Counted from the stretch's first letter, positions 47,090-57,281 are shown. The stretch: DNA of 64,000 bases from Gemmatimonadaceae bacterium (GCA_044224875.1 JBGAJQ010000002.1:128001-192000); one strand, 5' to 3'. Made by a program: numbers and translations. The notes: a model not told the origin generated them from the sequence alone.

Positions 47090-47280
47090 GGGCCTACATC
47101 GAGTTCGCGATGCCGACGAGCTGAAGCGCACGAGATGCACCGAATGCGATCTTGAGCACAGCGAGCCCGACCGGGCCGACCTGAGATTGGTCGGCCCGCT
47201 GCGTTTGAGGGGCGCACGGTAGCGTCACCGACATTCCGGCCCGTCTGGGGTTGGAGATCCGCGAGGTCCAAGGAGTGCCC

Positions 47281-48573
47281 TTGGTTGCATCTGACTCCAC
47301 CATAGGCCCACCGCCTGCGACCGCCGATCGCGCAGCGGCCGGTCGGATCCCCGTGTTGGATGGGGTGCGCGGCGTTGCCGTGCTGCTGGTCATGTTCGCC
47401 CATTTTGGCAAGCCTGACACGGACGGATTTGGCGTCACGCTGGAACGCGGCATCTCGTCGTTCGGCTGGGCGGGAGTTGACCTGTTCTTTGTGCTCTCGG
47501 GTTTCCTGATCACGGGAATCCTTCTCGACACGCGCGAGTCACCGTCGTTCTTTCGGACGTTCTATACACGTCGCTTTCTTCGCATCTTCCCGCTGTACTA
47601 CGCCTTTCTCGCGATCGTGCTTTGGTTGTGGGGCCCGCGGGCGGGTGCGGATGAGGCACAGCGGCAAGGATGGCTTTGGGCGTACCTCACGAACTTCGAC
47701 ATTGTGCGGCACGGCGTGTTTTTTGGCGCGTCGTCGGTGCTGAACCACCTGTGGTCATTGGCGGTGGAGGAGCACTTCTACTTCGTGTGGCCGTTCTTCG
47801 TCTTCCTGCTGGATCGTCGTCGCTTGGCGATGGTAGCGGTCCTGGGTCTGGTTGGCGCCGAGGTGGCCCGGATCGGGTTGCAGCTGCATGGATCGCGAGC
47901 CATTGCCGCCTACATGCTGACGCCAACACGGGTGGACGGGCTGGCGATTGGTGCCTTGCTGGCCATCCTCGCGCGATCCCCCGGAGAAATCTGCCAGGTG
48001 GAAGCCGTATGCCGCGTCGCTACTCGTGGCGGCGGTCGTGGCGATTGGCTACGTGTTCACGCAGGAGCCGCGCTACAACCCTGGAAGGTCGTACCCATTG
48101 CGCTCCCGGCCCTGGCGATCGGGTTCGGTGCAATGTTGCTGCTGGCGGTTGCGGCAGACGATGCCAGCCTGCTCGCCCGGTTCTTTCGCTCGCGCGTCCT
48201 TCGATTCTACGGCCGGTACAGCTATGGGCTGTACGTCTGGCATCCAATGGTCGGATGGACGCTCACCGGCGCCGGACTCACGCAGCATGTGATCGCGCGA
48301 GCCGTTCCCGGAGGCGCCGCCACCGCGGTGACGTCATTCCTGGTGCGCGGAGGCGTTGCGACCCTGGTGGCCCTCGTCAGCTGGAACCTCATCGAACAAC
48401 CTTTCCTTCGACTGAAGGACCGCGCCACCTACGCGCCGATGAAGGCGTCGCTCGTCGAACCGGTCAATGACTCGCCGATTGGCGAGCCTTCTCCAGCCGA
48501 CGTTCGACCATCCGTCGCGCGGCATGAACCGGCGATTCGTTCCGTGCCGTGGCTTCGTGGAAGATCCGACTGA
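47281..48573 (+). CDS. Acyltransferase family 3 (OafA-like O-acyltransferase)
   Basis: LDGVRGVA, GVDLFFVLSGFLIT, RRFLRIFPLYY, HLWSLAVEEHFY, YSYGLYVWH; AAGGAG before TTG at 47281. Confidence 0.9.
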   Translation: MVASDSTIGPPPATADRAAAGRIPVLDGVRGVAVLLVMFAHFGKPDTDGFGVTLERGISSFGWAGVDLFFVLSGFLITGILLDTRESPSFFRTFYTRRFLRIFPLYYAFLAIVLWLWGPRAGADEAQRQGWLWAYLTNFDIVRHGVFFGASSVLNHLWSLAVEEHFYFVWPFFVFLLDRRRLAMVAVLGLVGAEVARIGLQLHGSRAIAAYMLTPTRVDGLAIGALLAILARSPGEICQVEAVCRVATRGGGRGDWLRVHAGAALQPWKVVPIALPALAIGFGAMLLLAVAADDASLLARFFRSRVLRFYGRYSYGLYVWHPMVGWTLTGAGLTQHVIARAVPGGAATAVTSFLVRGGVATLVALVSWNLIEQPFLRLKDRATYAPMKASLVEPVNDSPIGEPSPADVRPSVARHEPAIRSVPWLRGRSD

Positions 48574-49534
48574 GTCGCGGATGCATCGCCTGGATCTCTT
48601 CTTCGATCGCCTTGAACGAGGCGCCGTCGTCCACCATCGCCAGGGAAACGGCGCCTGCCCCGTTGACCACGTAGTCGGGGGCAAGGAGGATGCCCCGCGC
48701 GTGCAGACGCTCGGCGTCTTCGGGTTCGCGCAGCACGTTATTGGCGGAGCCGGCGATCACGCGACATTTCAATTTCGGGATGGTGGTCGCGTCGACCGTG
48801 GCTCCCACGGAGCACGGGGCGTAGATGTCACACGGTGTCTCGTAAAGAGTGGCTGACGGCACCACCTGTGCGTCAAGCTCGCGCGCCAGGTGCTGAACCT
48901 TTTCGTCGTTGAGATCGTTCAGCAGGACGACCGCCCCCGCCTTCTTCAGCGATCGCGCCAGTGGTGCGCCGGTATCGCCAACGCCTTGTACCAGGACGCG
49001 GACACCCGTGAGGCCGTCAGCACCGGTGACGTGCTGCCACGAGGCTTTCATCCCCACGAACACGCCTAACGCGGTGTAGATCCCAGGGTCGTACGGTGCC
49101 TTGAGGTTCCAGTCGTAGCAGTGCACGTAGCGGGTTTCGGTCGCCAGCAGTCCCATGTCGTCCGGGGTCGTGCCGATGTCTGGACCGGTACCATAGCGCC
49201 CGTTCAGCGAATCGATCATGCGGCCAAAGCGCCGGAGCAACGCGGTTCGCGCCTCGCCACTGATGGGGTTCCGGAGCGCGATGACTGCCTTGCCGCCACC
49301 GTAGTCCACGTCGATCGCCGCCCACTTCTGCGTCATCCCTTCAGCGAGCCGGAGGGCATCCCACAGTCCCTCGGCGGGCGACGGGTACACCTTCAGTCGA
49401 CATCCACCAACGGCGCGCTTGCCGTGTGTGGCATGAATCGCAATGAACATCCAGGCGCCGGTCTCACGGTCGTAGCGTACGACGACTTCTTCGCCAGGCC
49501 ATGCCGCGATCAGTTCTGCCCAGGATTGGGTCAC
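48464..49534 (-). CDS. Leu/Phe/Val amino-acid dehydrogenase
   Basis: AVGGCR, LAEGMTQK, GGGKAVI, GPDIGT, TALGV, IAGSANN, PDYVVNGAG; GGAG before GTG at 49534; overlaps the convergent acyltransferase 3' end by 110 nt. Confidence 0.9.
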   Translation of the reverse strand: MTQSWAELIAAWPGEEVVVRYDRETGAWMFIAIHATHGKRAVGGCRLKVYPSPAEGLWDALRLAEGMTQKWAAIDVDYGGGKAVIALRNPISGEARTALLRRFGRMIDSLNGRYGTGPDIGTTPDDMGLLATETRYVHCYDWNLKAPYDPGIYTALGVFVGMKASWQHVTGADGLTGVRVLVQGVGDTGAPLARSLKKAGAVVLLNDLNDEKVQHLARELDAQVVPSATLYETPCDIYAPCSVGATVDATTIPKLKCRVIAGSANNVLREPEDAERLHARGILLAPDYVVNGAGAVSLAMVDDGASFKAIEEEIQAMHPRLSRIFHEATARNESPVHAARRMVERRLEKARQSASH

Positions 49535-49684
49535 AGGCGTCTCCGCTGGTGTGGTTGAAAGGACACGCGAAATTCCAACCATGTCAAGCATCGGTGCCGG
49601 GTCGTACGTCCGATGCGGCGTCCCCTTCCGCCCGGGGGACGCATGGTGCAATCTCTCGGAACCCCGCTGCGAAAGGGAACGCCG

Positions 49685-51313
49685 ATGCGCCCACGTCCAT
49701 TCCTCGCCGTTCTGGCTCTCTGCTCATCCGTCCTCTCCGCGCAAGGGAAGGCGCCGGAGTCGGAGCGCATCACCCAACAGAAGTTGCGAGCCGACCTGAT
49801 GTTCCTTGCCGGCGACGGGTTCAAGGGGCGGCTCACCAACACACCAGAGAACGACCTCGCCCTGGAGTGGGTGAAGTCTCGCTTCGAGGCATTCGGACTC
49901 AAGCCGATGGGCCCTGGAGGTTCGTACTTCCAGTCGTTCAATCTCATCACTTCAACGTTAGGCGCAGGCAACCTCCTGCAGGTCACGGTGAATGGCGGCA
50001 CGCAGCAATACGACATCGGCAACGACTTCTACCCGTTGCGCCACAGTGTTTCGGGCAAGTCGAGTGGTGCCGTGGTCTTTGCGGGTTACGGCATCGGTGC
50101 CAAGTCGCTCGGCTACGATGACCTGTCTGGAGATGTGAAGGGGAAGATCCTACTCGTGCTCGATCACGAACCGGGCGAGGCGGACGCCAACAGCCGATTC
50201 GACGGACTGGTGACGTCTGAATACGCGAACGTGATGAAGAAGACGATCGCCGCCCAGGAGCGTGGTGCGATCGGCGTACTGGTCGTCAGCGACGTCAACG
50301 CGCACCCGGGACCGGAAAACTTCGAGGCCGGCCAGCGGTTCTACTGGCCTGACCAACCGCCACGAATCGAACGTTACCTGCTTGGTCTGTGGGCGGAACA
50401 GGTGCGCATTCCCGCGGCCCAGATTTCGGCGTCCCTGGCAGAGTCCCTCGTTCGCGGCACGGGTAAGACGCTCGTCGAATTGGCACGAGCCGCGGACAAC
50501 CGCCAGGGTTCGACCCCTCTCGTCCTGCCTAACGTCACGGTGACGCTGAACACGGCCGTCGATCGGCATGTCGTTCGCGATCGGAACGTCGTGGCGGCGT
50601 TGGAAGGGAGCGACCCCACACTCAAGGAGGAGTGGGTGATTGTCGATGGTCACCCGGACCACGACGGCGGTGAGGGAGACCAGATCAGGAACGGAGCTGA
50701 CGACAATGCATCAGGAACCGTCGGTCTGGTGGCCATTGCCGAAGCCTACGCCGCCGCCGCGGCCAAGGGCCAGCGCCCCAAGCGATCCATACTCTTCGCG
50801 TCCTTCAATTCCGAAGAGCGCGGACTGTTGGGTGCCTGGGCGTTCGCGGAGGCCCCGCTCGTTCCGCTAGATCGCATCGTGGCGGTGCTGAACATGGACA
50901 TGATCGGCAGGAACGAAGAGGTCCCCGAAGGGGGTGGTGCGCGTTTCCGCGGCCTTCCCGTGCAGAGTGCCGAGTCGAACAACAACTCGCTGACGTTGCT
51001 CGGTTGGAGCCGGAGTCCGTCGCTGACCGCCGCGGTCGAAGGGGCCAACAAGGAGATCGGCCTCACGCTCAAGAAGGACTACGACAACAATGTCTCCAAT
51101 CTCATTCGTCGGAGCGATCACTGGCCGTTCCTGCAGCATGGCGTGCCTGGCATCTGGTTTCACACAGGCCTGCACCCAGACTATCACACGATCTTCGACG
51201 ATCCGGAGAAGATCAACTACGTGAAGATGGAGAAGGTCGCGCGGCTGGTGCACCAGACGAGCTGGGACCTTGCGCAGAGTGGCACACGGCCGAAGATCGC
51301 GATGGACAACTGA
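49685..51313 (+). CDS. M28 family peptidase with PA domain
   Basis: Signal peptide; GHPDH, NGADDNASG, SEERGLLG, LNMDMIGR, RSDH, DYHT. Confidence 0.92.
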   Translation: MRPRPFLAVLALCSSVLSAQGKAPESERITQQKLRADLMFLAGDGFKGRLTNTPENDLALEWVKSRFEAFGLKPMGPGGSYFQSFNLITSTLGAGNLLQVTVNGGTQQYDIGNDFYPLRHSVSGKSSGAVVFAGYGIGAKSLGYDDLSGDVKGKILLVLDHEPGEADANSRFDGLVTSEYANVMKKTIAAQERGAIGVLVVSDVNAHPGPENFEAGQRFYWPDQPPRIERYLLGLWAEQVRIPAAQISASLAESLVRGTGKTLVELARAADNRQGSTPLVLPNVTVTLNTAVDRHVVRDRNVVAALEGSDPTLKEEWVIVDGHPDHDGGEGDQIRNGADDNASGTVGLVAIAEAYAAAAAKGQRPKRSILFASFNSEERGLLGAWAFAEAPLVPLDRIVAVLNMDMIGRNEEVPEGGGARFRGLPVQSAESNNNSLTLLGWSRSPSLTAAVEGANKEIGLTLKKDYDNNVSNLIRRSDHWPFLQHGVPGIWFHTGLHPDYHTIFDDPEKINYVKMEKVARLVHQTSWDLAQSGTRPKIAMDN

Positions 51314-51332
51314 ACCGGGGTCAGGGGTCACG

Positions 51333-52484
51333 ATGAGCCACGAACTTTCACGACGGGATTGGCTGACGCGCCTTGGCGCGTGTGCGAGTCTTGGAGTTGG
51401 CGGGCAATTGCTCTCCGCCAGCCTAACGTCGGCGGACGCCGAGACGCCAGCGTTTCGGCACGCGCCCCCATCGGAGCCGGCGGGGATCGTCCGCCTCGAC
51501 CGAAACGAGAGTCCATATCCACCCTCTCCAAGTGCCGTGGCGGCGATGTCTGCCTCACTCGGCGGTTCTAACCGGTACGCGCACGACGCAAGAGACGTCC
51601 TGACGGCGAAGCTGGCCAAGCTGAACGGGCTGCCGGTGGAAAACGTGCTCGTCGGCGACGGGTCCACAGAGGCCATGGGGCTCCTTGCCGGCACACTCTT
51701 CCGCGATGGAGGCCAGATCGTTTCGGCGGCTCGAACGTTCGGCGTCCTGCAACGAAACGTGGAGCGACTTGGCGGCACATGGGTGAAGGCGAAGATGCGG
51801 CCGGACATGCAGGTCGACATGTCCGCGATTGCCAGCGCGATTACCCAGAGCACGCGGGCGGTGTACCTGTGCAATCCGAACAATCCCACGGGAACACTGG
51901 TTCCGGCGCACACGTTCCGCGAGGCGGTGTTGGAGATGTCCAAGCGCACGCTGGTGGTCATTGACGAGGCGTATGCCGATTACCTGTCTCCGAGCGACCG
52001 CGCCGAGCTCGTCTCGCTCGTTGGTGCTGGCGAGAACGTCTGCATCCTTCGCACCTTCTCCAAGATCCACGGGTTGGCTGGCATGCGTGTGGGCTGCGCG
52101 ATGGGTCGGAAAGAGCTGCTCGTCAGGTTGCGACGGGCAGAGTGGGGGACGCAGATGACGAACCTCGCGGGACTGGTGGGCGCCGCCGCGAGCCTGGACG
52201 ACACGGCACACATTTCGGAGATCCGCAAGCGCAACGCCGAGGTGATGGCACATACGCAGGCGATGCTGAAGACGAAGGGCTATGCGCCCATCCCCTCGAC
52301 GGCGAACCACATCTGGTTCGCCGTGCGTGGTCCTGCCGCCAGGTTCCGCGAGCGGATGGCCAGTGCGGGATACGCCGTGGTGGCCAGTAGTGAGGCTGAC
52401 GGCGAGTGGTGTCGTCTGACGCTGGGCACCATGGACCAAATGCGCGGTTTCGAGAAGGTGCTGTCGCCAGCGGCTGGCTCCTGA
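51333..52484 (+). CDS. HisC-like PLP aminotransferase with Tat signal
   Basis: SRRDWL twin-arginine signal; LDRNESP, CNPNNPTG, DEAY, RTFSKIHGLAGMRVG. Confidence 0.88.
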   Translation: MSHELSRRDWLTRLGACASLGVGGQLLSASLTSADAETPAFRHAPPSEPAGIVRLDRNESPYPPSPSAVAAMSASLGGSNRYAHDARDVLTAKLAKLNGLPVENVLVGDGSTEAMGLLAGTLFRDGGQIVSAARTFGVLQRNVERLGGTWVKAKMRPDMQVDMSAIASAITQSTRAVYLCNPNNPTGTLVPAHTFREAVLEMSKRTLVVIDEAYADYLSPSDRAELVSLVGAGENVCILRTFSKIHGLAGMRVGCAMGRKELLVRLRRAEWGTQMTNLAGLVGAAASLDDTAHISEIRKRNAEVMAHTQAMLKTKGYAPIPSTANHIWFAVRGPAARFRERMASAGYAVVASSEADGEWCRLTLGTMDQMRGFEKVLSPAAGS

Positions 52485-53119
52485 TGCGAGCGTCCAGAAC
52501 GCGACCGTACGCCATTCGGCGTCCAGACCAGCTGGCGGCGTTGGAGTCCGCTGTACGGCAGGAAATTCTGGACACTATACAAGCGGCCGGCCCGCTATCC
52601 GCGGTGGAGATCTCGTCGCTGATGGGACGACCAGCCGATGCGCTCTATTATCACCTGAAGGAGTTGCTCCGCGTCAAGCTTATCGCGATACATGAAACCC
52701 GGCCGACAGCGCGACGGGATGAGGTCGTGTATGACCTGGCGGGCCACCCGATGGTGTTGGAGTATCCGCCACGGCGAGAAGGACGGACTCACCCACTCGC
52801 GCGCCTCGTACGCTCGATGCTGCGCACCGCCGAGCGCGACTTTTCGGCGGCGGTAGGGACAGTTGACGCCCGCGCTGAGGGCGACCGCCGCAACCTGTGG
52901 GCAGGGCGGCGCTACGCCTGGTTGTCACCCCGCGACTTTCGACGCGTGAACAAGCTCCTGGATCAACTGACGGACATCATGACGACGGCGCGCGACCCGC
53001 AGGAAGGTGAGTTGTGCACGATGACGGTGGTGCTTGCGCCGCGTGCCTCACGCGCCGGGCGCCGCTCACCCTCCCCATCCCGTGCGAAGGATCGCCCAAG
53101 CAATGGGAGGCGCTCTTGA
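52484..53119 (+). CDS. ArsR-like winged-helix regulator
   Basis: ALESAVRQEIL..LSAVEIS..ALYYHLKEL; TGATG coupling with the upstream gene. Confidence 0.8.
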   Translation: MRASRTRPYAIRRPDQLAALESAVRQEILDTIQAAGPLSAVEISSLMGRPADALYYHLKELLRVKLIAIHETRPTARRDEVVYDLAGHPMVLEYPPRREGRTHPLARLVRSMLRTAERDFSAAVGTVDARAEGDRRNLWAGRRYAWLSPRDFRRVNKLLDQLTDIMTTARDPQEGELCTMTVVLAPRASRAGRRSPSPSRAKDRPSNGRRS

Positions 53120-54369
53120 GTCATGAGATGTCATCGGCTGCCCAGGTAACGACGGGGGACGATCCCGATGATCTCTTCGCACCTTCGGCGATAGCGGACC
53201 CGTACACGTACTTCGGTCGGTTGCGAGAAGCGGATCCCATTCACTGGAACGCCCGCAACTCGCTCTGGATCATCACGCGTTACGACGACCTGGTGTGGCT
53301 GGTGCGTCATCACGAGTTGTTCTCGTCGGCGGTGATTCGCTCGGACGCGCGGCCGCCGTATCCCCCGATCGATCCCGAGGATCGTGGGCTCTTCGAGCAG
53401 GTTCGTGCGTTCCGATCGGATCAATTGGTGGAGCAGGATCGACCCGGGCACACGACGATGCGTGGCGCGCTGCACGAGTACTTCACGCCGACCACCATGG
53501 AGTCATGGCGGCCGTTCGTTCGTACGGCGGTCGCGGAGTTGCTGGACGACGTGGCGCCGCGCGGTCGGATGGACGTGTTGCAGGCGCTCGCCGCGCCACT
53601 TCCGGTGCGCATCATCACGCAGATGATGGGGGTGCCCAACGAAGATCGGGAGCACCTGCGCGACCTGGCAGACAAGCTGTTGTACATCAATCGTGGCGAG
53701 CCGTATCGCTTGAAGATCCTGATGGAAGGGATCAACGGCATGATGTCCTACGTAGAGCCGAAGGTGGCCGAGCGGGCAGTGCGTCCAGCGGACGACTTCA
53801 TTTCGGTGCTCGCGTCAGCAGAGCAAGCCGGGGTGTTCACGCGGCACCAGGTGTTGGTGAACAGCGCCCTGCTCCTGTTTGCGGGTCACGAGACCACCAT
53901 GAATCTCATCTGCAACGGAACGCTGGCGCTGCTGCGCCACCCCGAGCAGTGGAAGCAGCTCTGTACGGATCCCGCCGGCCTAACGCGACTGGCGACGGAG
54001 GAGTGCCTTCGCTACGATCCCCCGGTCAAGTCCACACAGCGCATCGCGGCAGCCGACGTCGAGCGTCACGGCCAGACGATTCGCAAGGGCGATCGTGTGC
54101 GGTGGGTGATGGCCGCGGCGAACCGTGACCCGCGGGCGTTTCGTGACCCAGACACGTTTGACCTGTCGCGCAGCCCGAATCCACACGTGTCCTTCGGCTC
54201 TGGTGTGCACTACTGCCTGGGTGCGACGCTGGCACGCGTTGAAGGCCAGGAAGTCTTTCGTGCCCTTGCCGAGCGATTTCCCAACCTGCGCCTGGACGCG
54301 GATGCCGTGGAGTACCAGCCTAGCATCCAATTCCGTTCGCTGAAGTCATTGCCCGTGGCGTGGGACTGA
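53116..54369 (+). CDS. Cytochrome P450
   Basis: AGHETT I-helix, EECLRY ExxR, AANRDP, FGSGVHYCLG heme Cys; GGGAGG before TTG at 53116 (or ATG 53128). Confidence 0.95.
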   Translation: MSHEMSSAAQVTTGDDPDDLFAPSAIADPYTYFGRLREADPIHWNARNSLWIITRYDDLVWLVRHHELFSSAVIRSDARPPYPPIDPEDRGLFEQVRAFRSDQLVEQDRPGHTTMRGALHEYFTPTTMESWRPFVRTAVAELLDDVAPRGRMDVLQALAAPLPVRIITQMMGVPNEDREHLRDLADKLLYINRGEPYRLKILMEGINGMMSYVEPKVAERAVRPADDFISVLASAEQAGVFTRHQVLVNSALLLFAGHETTMNLICNGTLALLRHPEQWKQLCTDPAGLTRLATEECLRYDPPVKSTQRIAAADVERHGQTIRKGDRVRWVMAAANRDPRAFRDPDTFDLSRSPNPHVSFGSGVHYCLGATLARVEGQEVFRALAERFPNLRLDADAVEYQPSIQFRSLKSLPVAWD

Positions 54370-54372
54370 GCG

Positions 54373-54612
54373 ATGGATGAAGCGACCTCACCTCGTCAGC
54401 TGCGCATTCGTGTGGATCATGCGCTGTGTGTCGGCAACGGTCAGTGCGTGAACGTTGCGCCCGGTGTGTTCCAGCACAACGAATACGTGCAGTCCGAAGT
54501 GATCGATCCGTGCGGCGCGCCTGAGCTGGACGTACTACGCGCAGCCCACCTGTGTCCGACGAGCGCCATTCGCGTGGAGGACGCTGCCACGGGAGACGTC
54601 TTGTTCCCTTGA
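54373..54612 (+). CDS. Ferredoxin, probably [3Fe-4S], P450 partner
   Basis: CVGNGQC...CPTSAI. Confidence 0.9.
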   Translation: MDEATSPRQLRIRVDHALCVGNGQCVNVAPGVFQHNEYVQSEVIDPCGAPELDVLRAAHLCPTSAIRVEDAATGDVLFP

Positions 54613-54639
54613 TGACACGTGTTGATGGGAGAAACGCAC

Positions 54640-55473
54640 ATGGCTGAGTACCTGGGCGGTTCGCGAAAGCGACTGAGCATTCTGGATCTTGCGGCCATGA
54701 AGCGAGACAGGCAGAAGATCGTGATGATCACGGCGTATGATGCCTTGTTCGGTGCGCTGGTGGATGCCGCGGGCGTGGACGTGGTGTTGGTCGGCGATTC
54801 TGTTGCGCCGGTGATTGCGGGGGCGGAGTCCACGATACCAGCAACCATGGATCAGATGGTGTATCACGGGCGCATCGTCCGTCGTGGCGTGCGCCACGCG
54901 CTGCTGATCGTGGACATGCCGTTCCTGAGTTACCAGGTGTCGATACCCGATGCGATCGCCAACGCCGGGAGGATTCTCAAGGAGACTGGCGCGCAGGGGG
55001 TGAAGCTGGAGGGTGGCGCGGCGTGGGCGCCGACGGTTGCAGCTCTGGTTGGGTGCGGGATCCCGGTGATGGGACACCTGGGTTTCACGCCACAATCGGT
55101 GAACCAACTGGGGGGCTTCAGGATCCAGGGCAAGGAGACCGATGCTGCGGCGCGATTGGTGGAGGACGCCAAGGCGCTGCAGCGCGCCGGTGCATTCTCA
55201 ATAGTGTTGGAGCTGACGCCGAGCGATGTGGCCCAGCGGGTGACCGATGCCGTGGCCATCCCGACGATCGGGATTGGGGCAGGCCCACACTGCGACGGTC
55301 AGGTGTTGGTCCTGCACGACATGCTGGGATTGAACGAGGGGTTCACCCCCAAGTTCCTGCGTCGGTACGCCGAGCTTGGCGAGGCGACGCGTCGCGCAGT
55401 GGGCGTGTTTTGCGATGAGGTGCGTGGTGGGGCATATCCAGGGCCGGAGCACACGCACGGCCACGCTCCATGA
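54640..55473 (+). CDS. panB: 3-methyl-2-oxobutanoate hydroxymethyltransferase
   Basis: MITAYD, LVGDS, DMPFLSY, VKLEGG, MGHLGFTPQS, TIGIGAG, DGQVLV. Confidence 0.97.
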   Translation: MAEYLGGSRKRLSILDLAAMKRDRQKIVMITAYDALFGALVDAAGVDVVLVGDSVAPVIAGAESTIPATMDQMVYHGRIVRRGVRHALLIVDMPFLSYQVSIPDAIANAGRILKETGAQGVKLEGGAAWAPTVAALVGCGIPVMGHLGFTPQSVNQLGGFRIQGKETDAAARLVEDAKALQRAGAFSIVLELTPSDVAQRVTDAVAIPTIGIGAGPHCDGQVLVLHDMLGLNEGFTPKFLRRYAELGEATRRAVGVFCDEVRGGAYPGPEHTHGHAP

Positions 55474-55538
55474 GCATCACGCCAGCGGCGGAACGTTAGG
55501 CTGGTTCGCGGTGGCTCCCGACCCGCGACGAGGTCGGG

Positions 55539-56342
55539 TCAACAACGAATTCCTGGCGACGGCGGAACGGCGGGCGCCCAGACCGGGACCGGATTGGCGA
55601 ATGCGTTGGCGTTCGCGCTGTGCGCGGCGTTCTGCAGCAGCGTCATGGTCGCACTCGACAAAAGGGGTACGCCGATGATCGTGGGTGTTGTCGTGGGGAG
55701 GGTGCGCGCGTCCAGGCCCGTGATCTGTTCGAAAAGGACGAGTGCGGCGAGGTAGGTGCCCAGTGGGCTGGGGTGATACCCATCGGGCCCGTAGAAGTCG
55801 AGCGACGGATCCGTTTGACTGGCGACCTGCCAGGCATCGCCGGCAGGTGCAAACTTGGTGTTTGCGGTGACCGCCGCCATCTGCGCCGACTCGTGCACCT
55901 TGGGAAGGTCGAACAGACGATTGACGCTGGGCCAGGACATCATGACGATCGAGGACGCGCCAATGGCCGTGCCGAGCTGATTGATGGCACGGACGGCGAG
56001 CACAAGCGTGTCTCGACAGATTGGGAGCGTTGTTGGGCCTTGCTGCAAGACGAGGTGCTTCCAGTTGGCGCCGGCGATCACGTCTTGAGCGCTTCCGTCG
56101 ATCAGGAAATCAATCAACGCACGATCAGGGGCAGCGAGCGAACGAACGGCGAGTGAAACGCCGGCACTTCGCGCGAGCGTGGCGACCATTTGGGGCAGGT
56201 CGTTGGTATACGTCAGGCTGTTTCCGATGAACAGGACGTTGTTGCCGGGGGGCAGGGGCGACGTAACGCTCGGCGCCTTGATGCAGCTGAGACTCGCCAG
56301 GACAATGAAACAGGACGGCACGATGGGATGGGGGATGCGCAT
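55539..56342 (-). CDS. SGNH/GDSL hydrolase family lipoprotein
   Basis: Lipobox SLSC, VLFIGNSLT, VLQQGP, DGYHPS. Confidence 0.85.
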   Translation of the reverse strand: MRIPHPIVPSCFIVLASLSCIKAPSVTSPLPPGNNVLFIGNSLTYTNDLPQMVATLARSAGVSLAVRSLAAPDRALIDFLIDGSAQDVIAGANWKHLVLQQGPTTLPICRDTLVLAVRAINQLGTAIGASSIVMMSWPSVNRLFDLPKVHESAQMAAVTANTKFAPAGDAWQVASQTDPSLDFYGPDGYHPSPLGTYLAALVLFEQITGLDARTLPTTTPTIIGVPLLSSATMTLLQNAAHSANANAFANPVPVWAPAVPPSPGIRC

Positions 56343-56553
56343 ATGGGCGCAACGTTCCTGTTGCCAGAGCGGCGAGTCACGGGTGGTGCGACCGACCGTG
56401 CCTATGTAGGGATTGGAGGATGAACCGGACCCCTGGCGCGAACGAGCCACAACGGTCGGCGACTGACGCGGACTGGTGTGGGCTACGGCTTCACGACAAC
56501 TGTCTGGCGCCTAGCGCGTGCGGTACCTTCTGAGTTCCCTCTTGGGCAGAAAG

Positions 56554-57186
56554 ATGACCGGGACTCTGAGTCGTGTGCTCGCCATCGCATGGGTGATCGG
56601 ATTCAACGCGGCGTGTGGCGGCGGGGGGAGCGGAACGACCAATCCTCCAGCATCCACGCAACGCTTGAACTCCGTCGAGCTGGCGCCGTCAACGTTGGCG
56701 CTGACCGCTGGTCGGACGGGGTTGCTCACACCTGTGGCGAAGGACCAGCAAGGCGCCGTGATTGACGTGGCCAGCGGGTACAGCTTCGTGTCGTCGGTTG
56801 CAACTGTAGCGGAGGTCAGTTCGACCGGGTCCGTACTTGCGGTCTCTGCCGGAAGCTCGACGATCACGGTCACCTTGACGCGCGACGGCGTGACGCGCTC
56901 GGCGTCGGCCGTGGTGACGGTGACCGGGGTGCTCCCCGATCGGGGTGCGGTGAGCGCGACGCCCGACAATGCGTTCGTGCCGGATTCGATCGTGATTTCC
57001 CGGGGAGGGCAGGTGACGTTCACGTTCCAGGCCACGCATAACGTGAACTTCCTTGGCACCGGTGCACCGTCGAACATCCTCACCACTAGCGGAGCCACGG
57101 TGGAGCGGCTGTTTGCGGTAGTCGGTGATTTTCCATTCACGTGCTCGTTGCACGGCGGCATGACTGGAATCGTCAAGGTGCGGTGA
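56554..57186 (+). CDS. Lipoprotein with Ig-like domain and C-terminal type-1 copper (cupredoxin) domain
   Basis: Lipobox NAAC; Ig-like VAEVSSTGSVLAVSAGSSTITVT; HNV...CSLHGGM ligand set. Confidence 0.85.
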   Translation: MTGTLSRVLAIAWVIGFNAACGGGGSGTTNPPASTQRLNSVELAPSTLALTAGRTGLLTPVAKDQQGAVIDVASGYSFVSSVATVAEVSSTGSVLAVSAGSSTITVTLTRDGVTRSASAVVTVTGVLPDRGAVSATPDNAFVPDSIVISRGGQVTFTFQATHNVNFLGTGAPSNILTTSGATVERLFAVVGDFPFTCSLHGGMTGIVKVR

Positions 57187-57241
57187 CCGACCCGCGACGT
57201 TAGTTCGAGACGGCACCTAAGCAGACGCCGGGCCGACCCCC

Positions 57242-57268
57242 AACGGTTGGGACGGGATTGGTGTCCAA
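57242..57268 (+). promoter_or_regulatory. Putative autoregulatory ECF promoter AAC-N17-TGTCCAA
   Basis: Lies just upstream of ATG 57282; matches 15331-15357. Confidence 0.5.
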
Positions 57269-57281
57269 GCCCTACGACACC

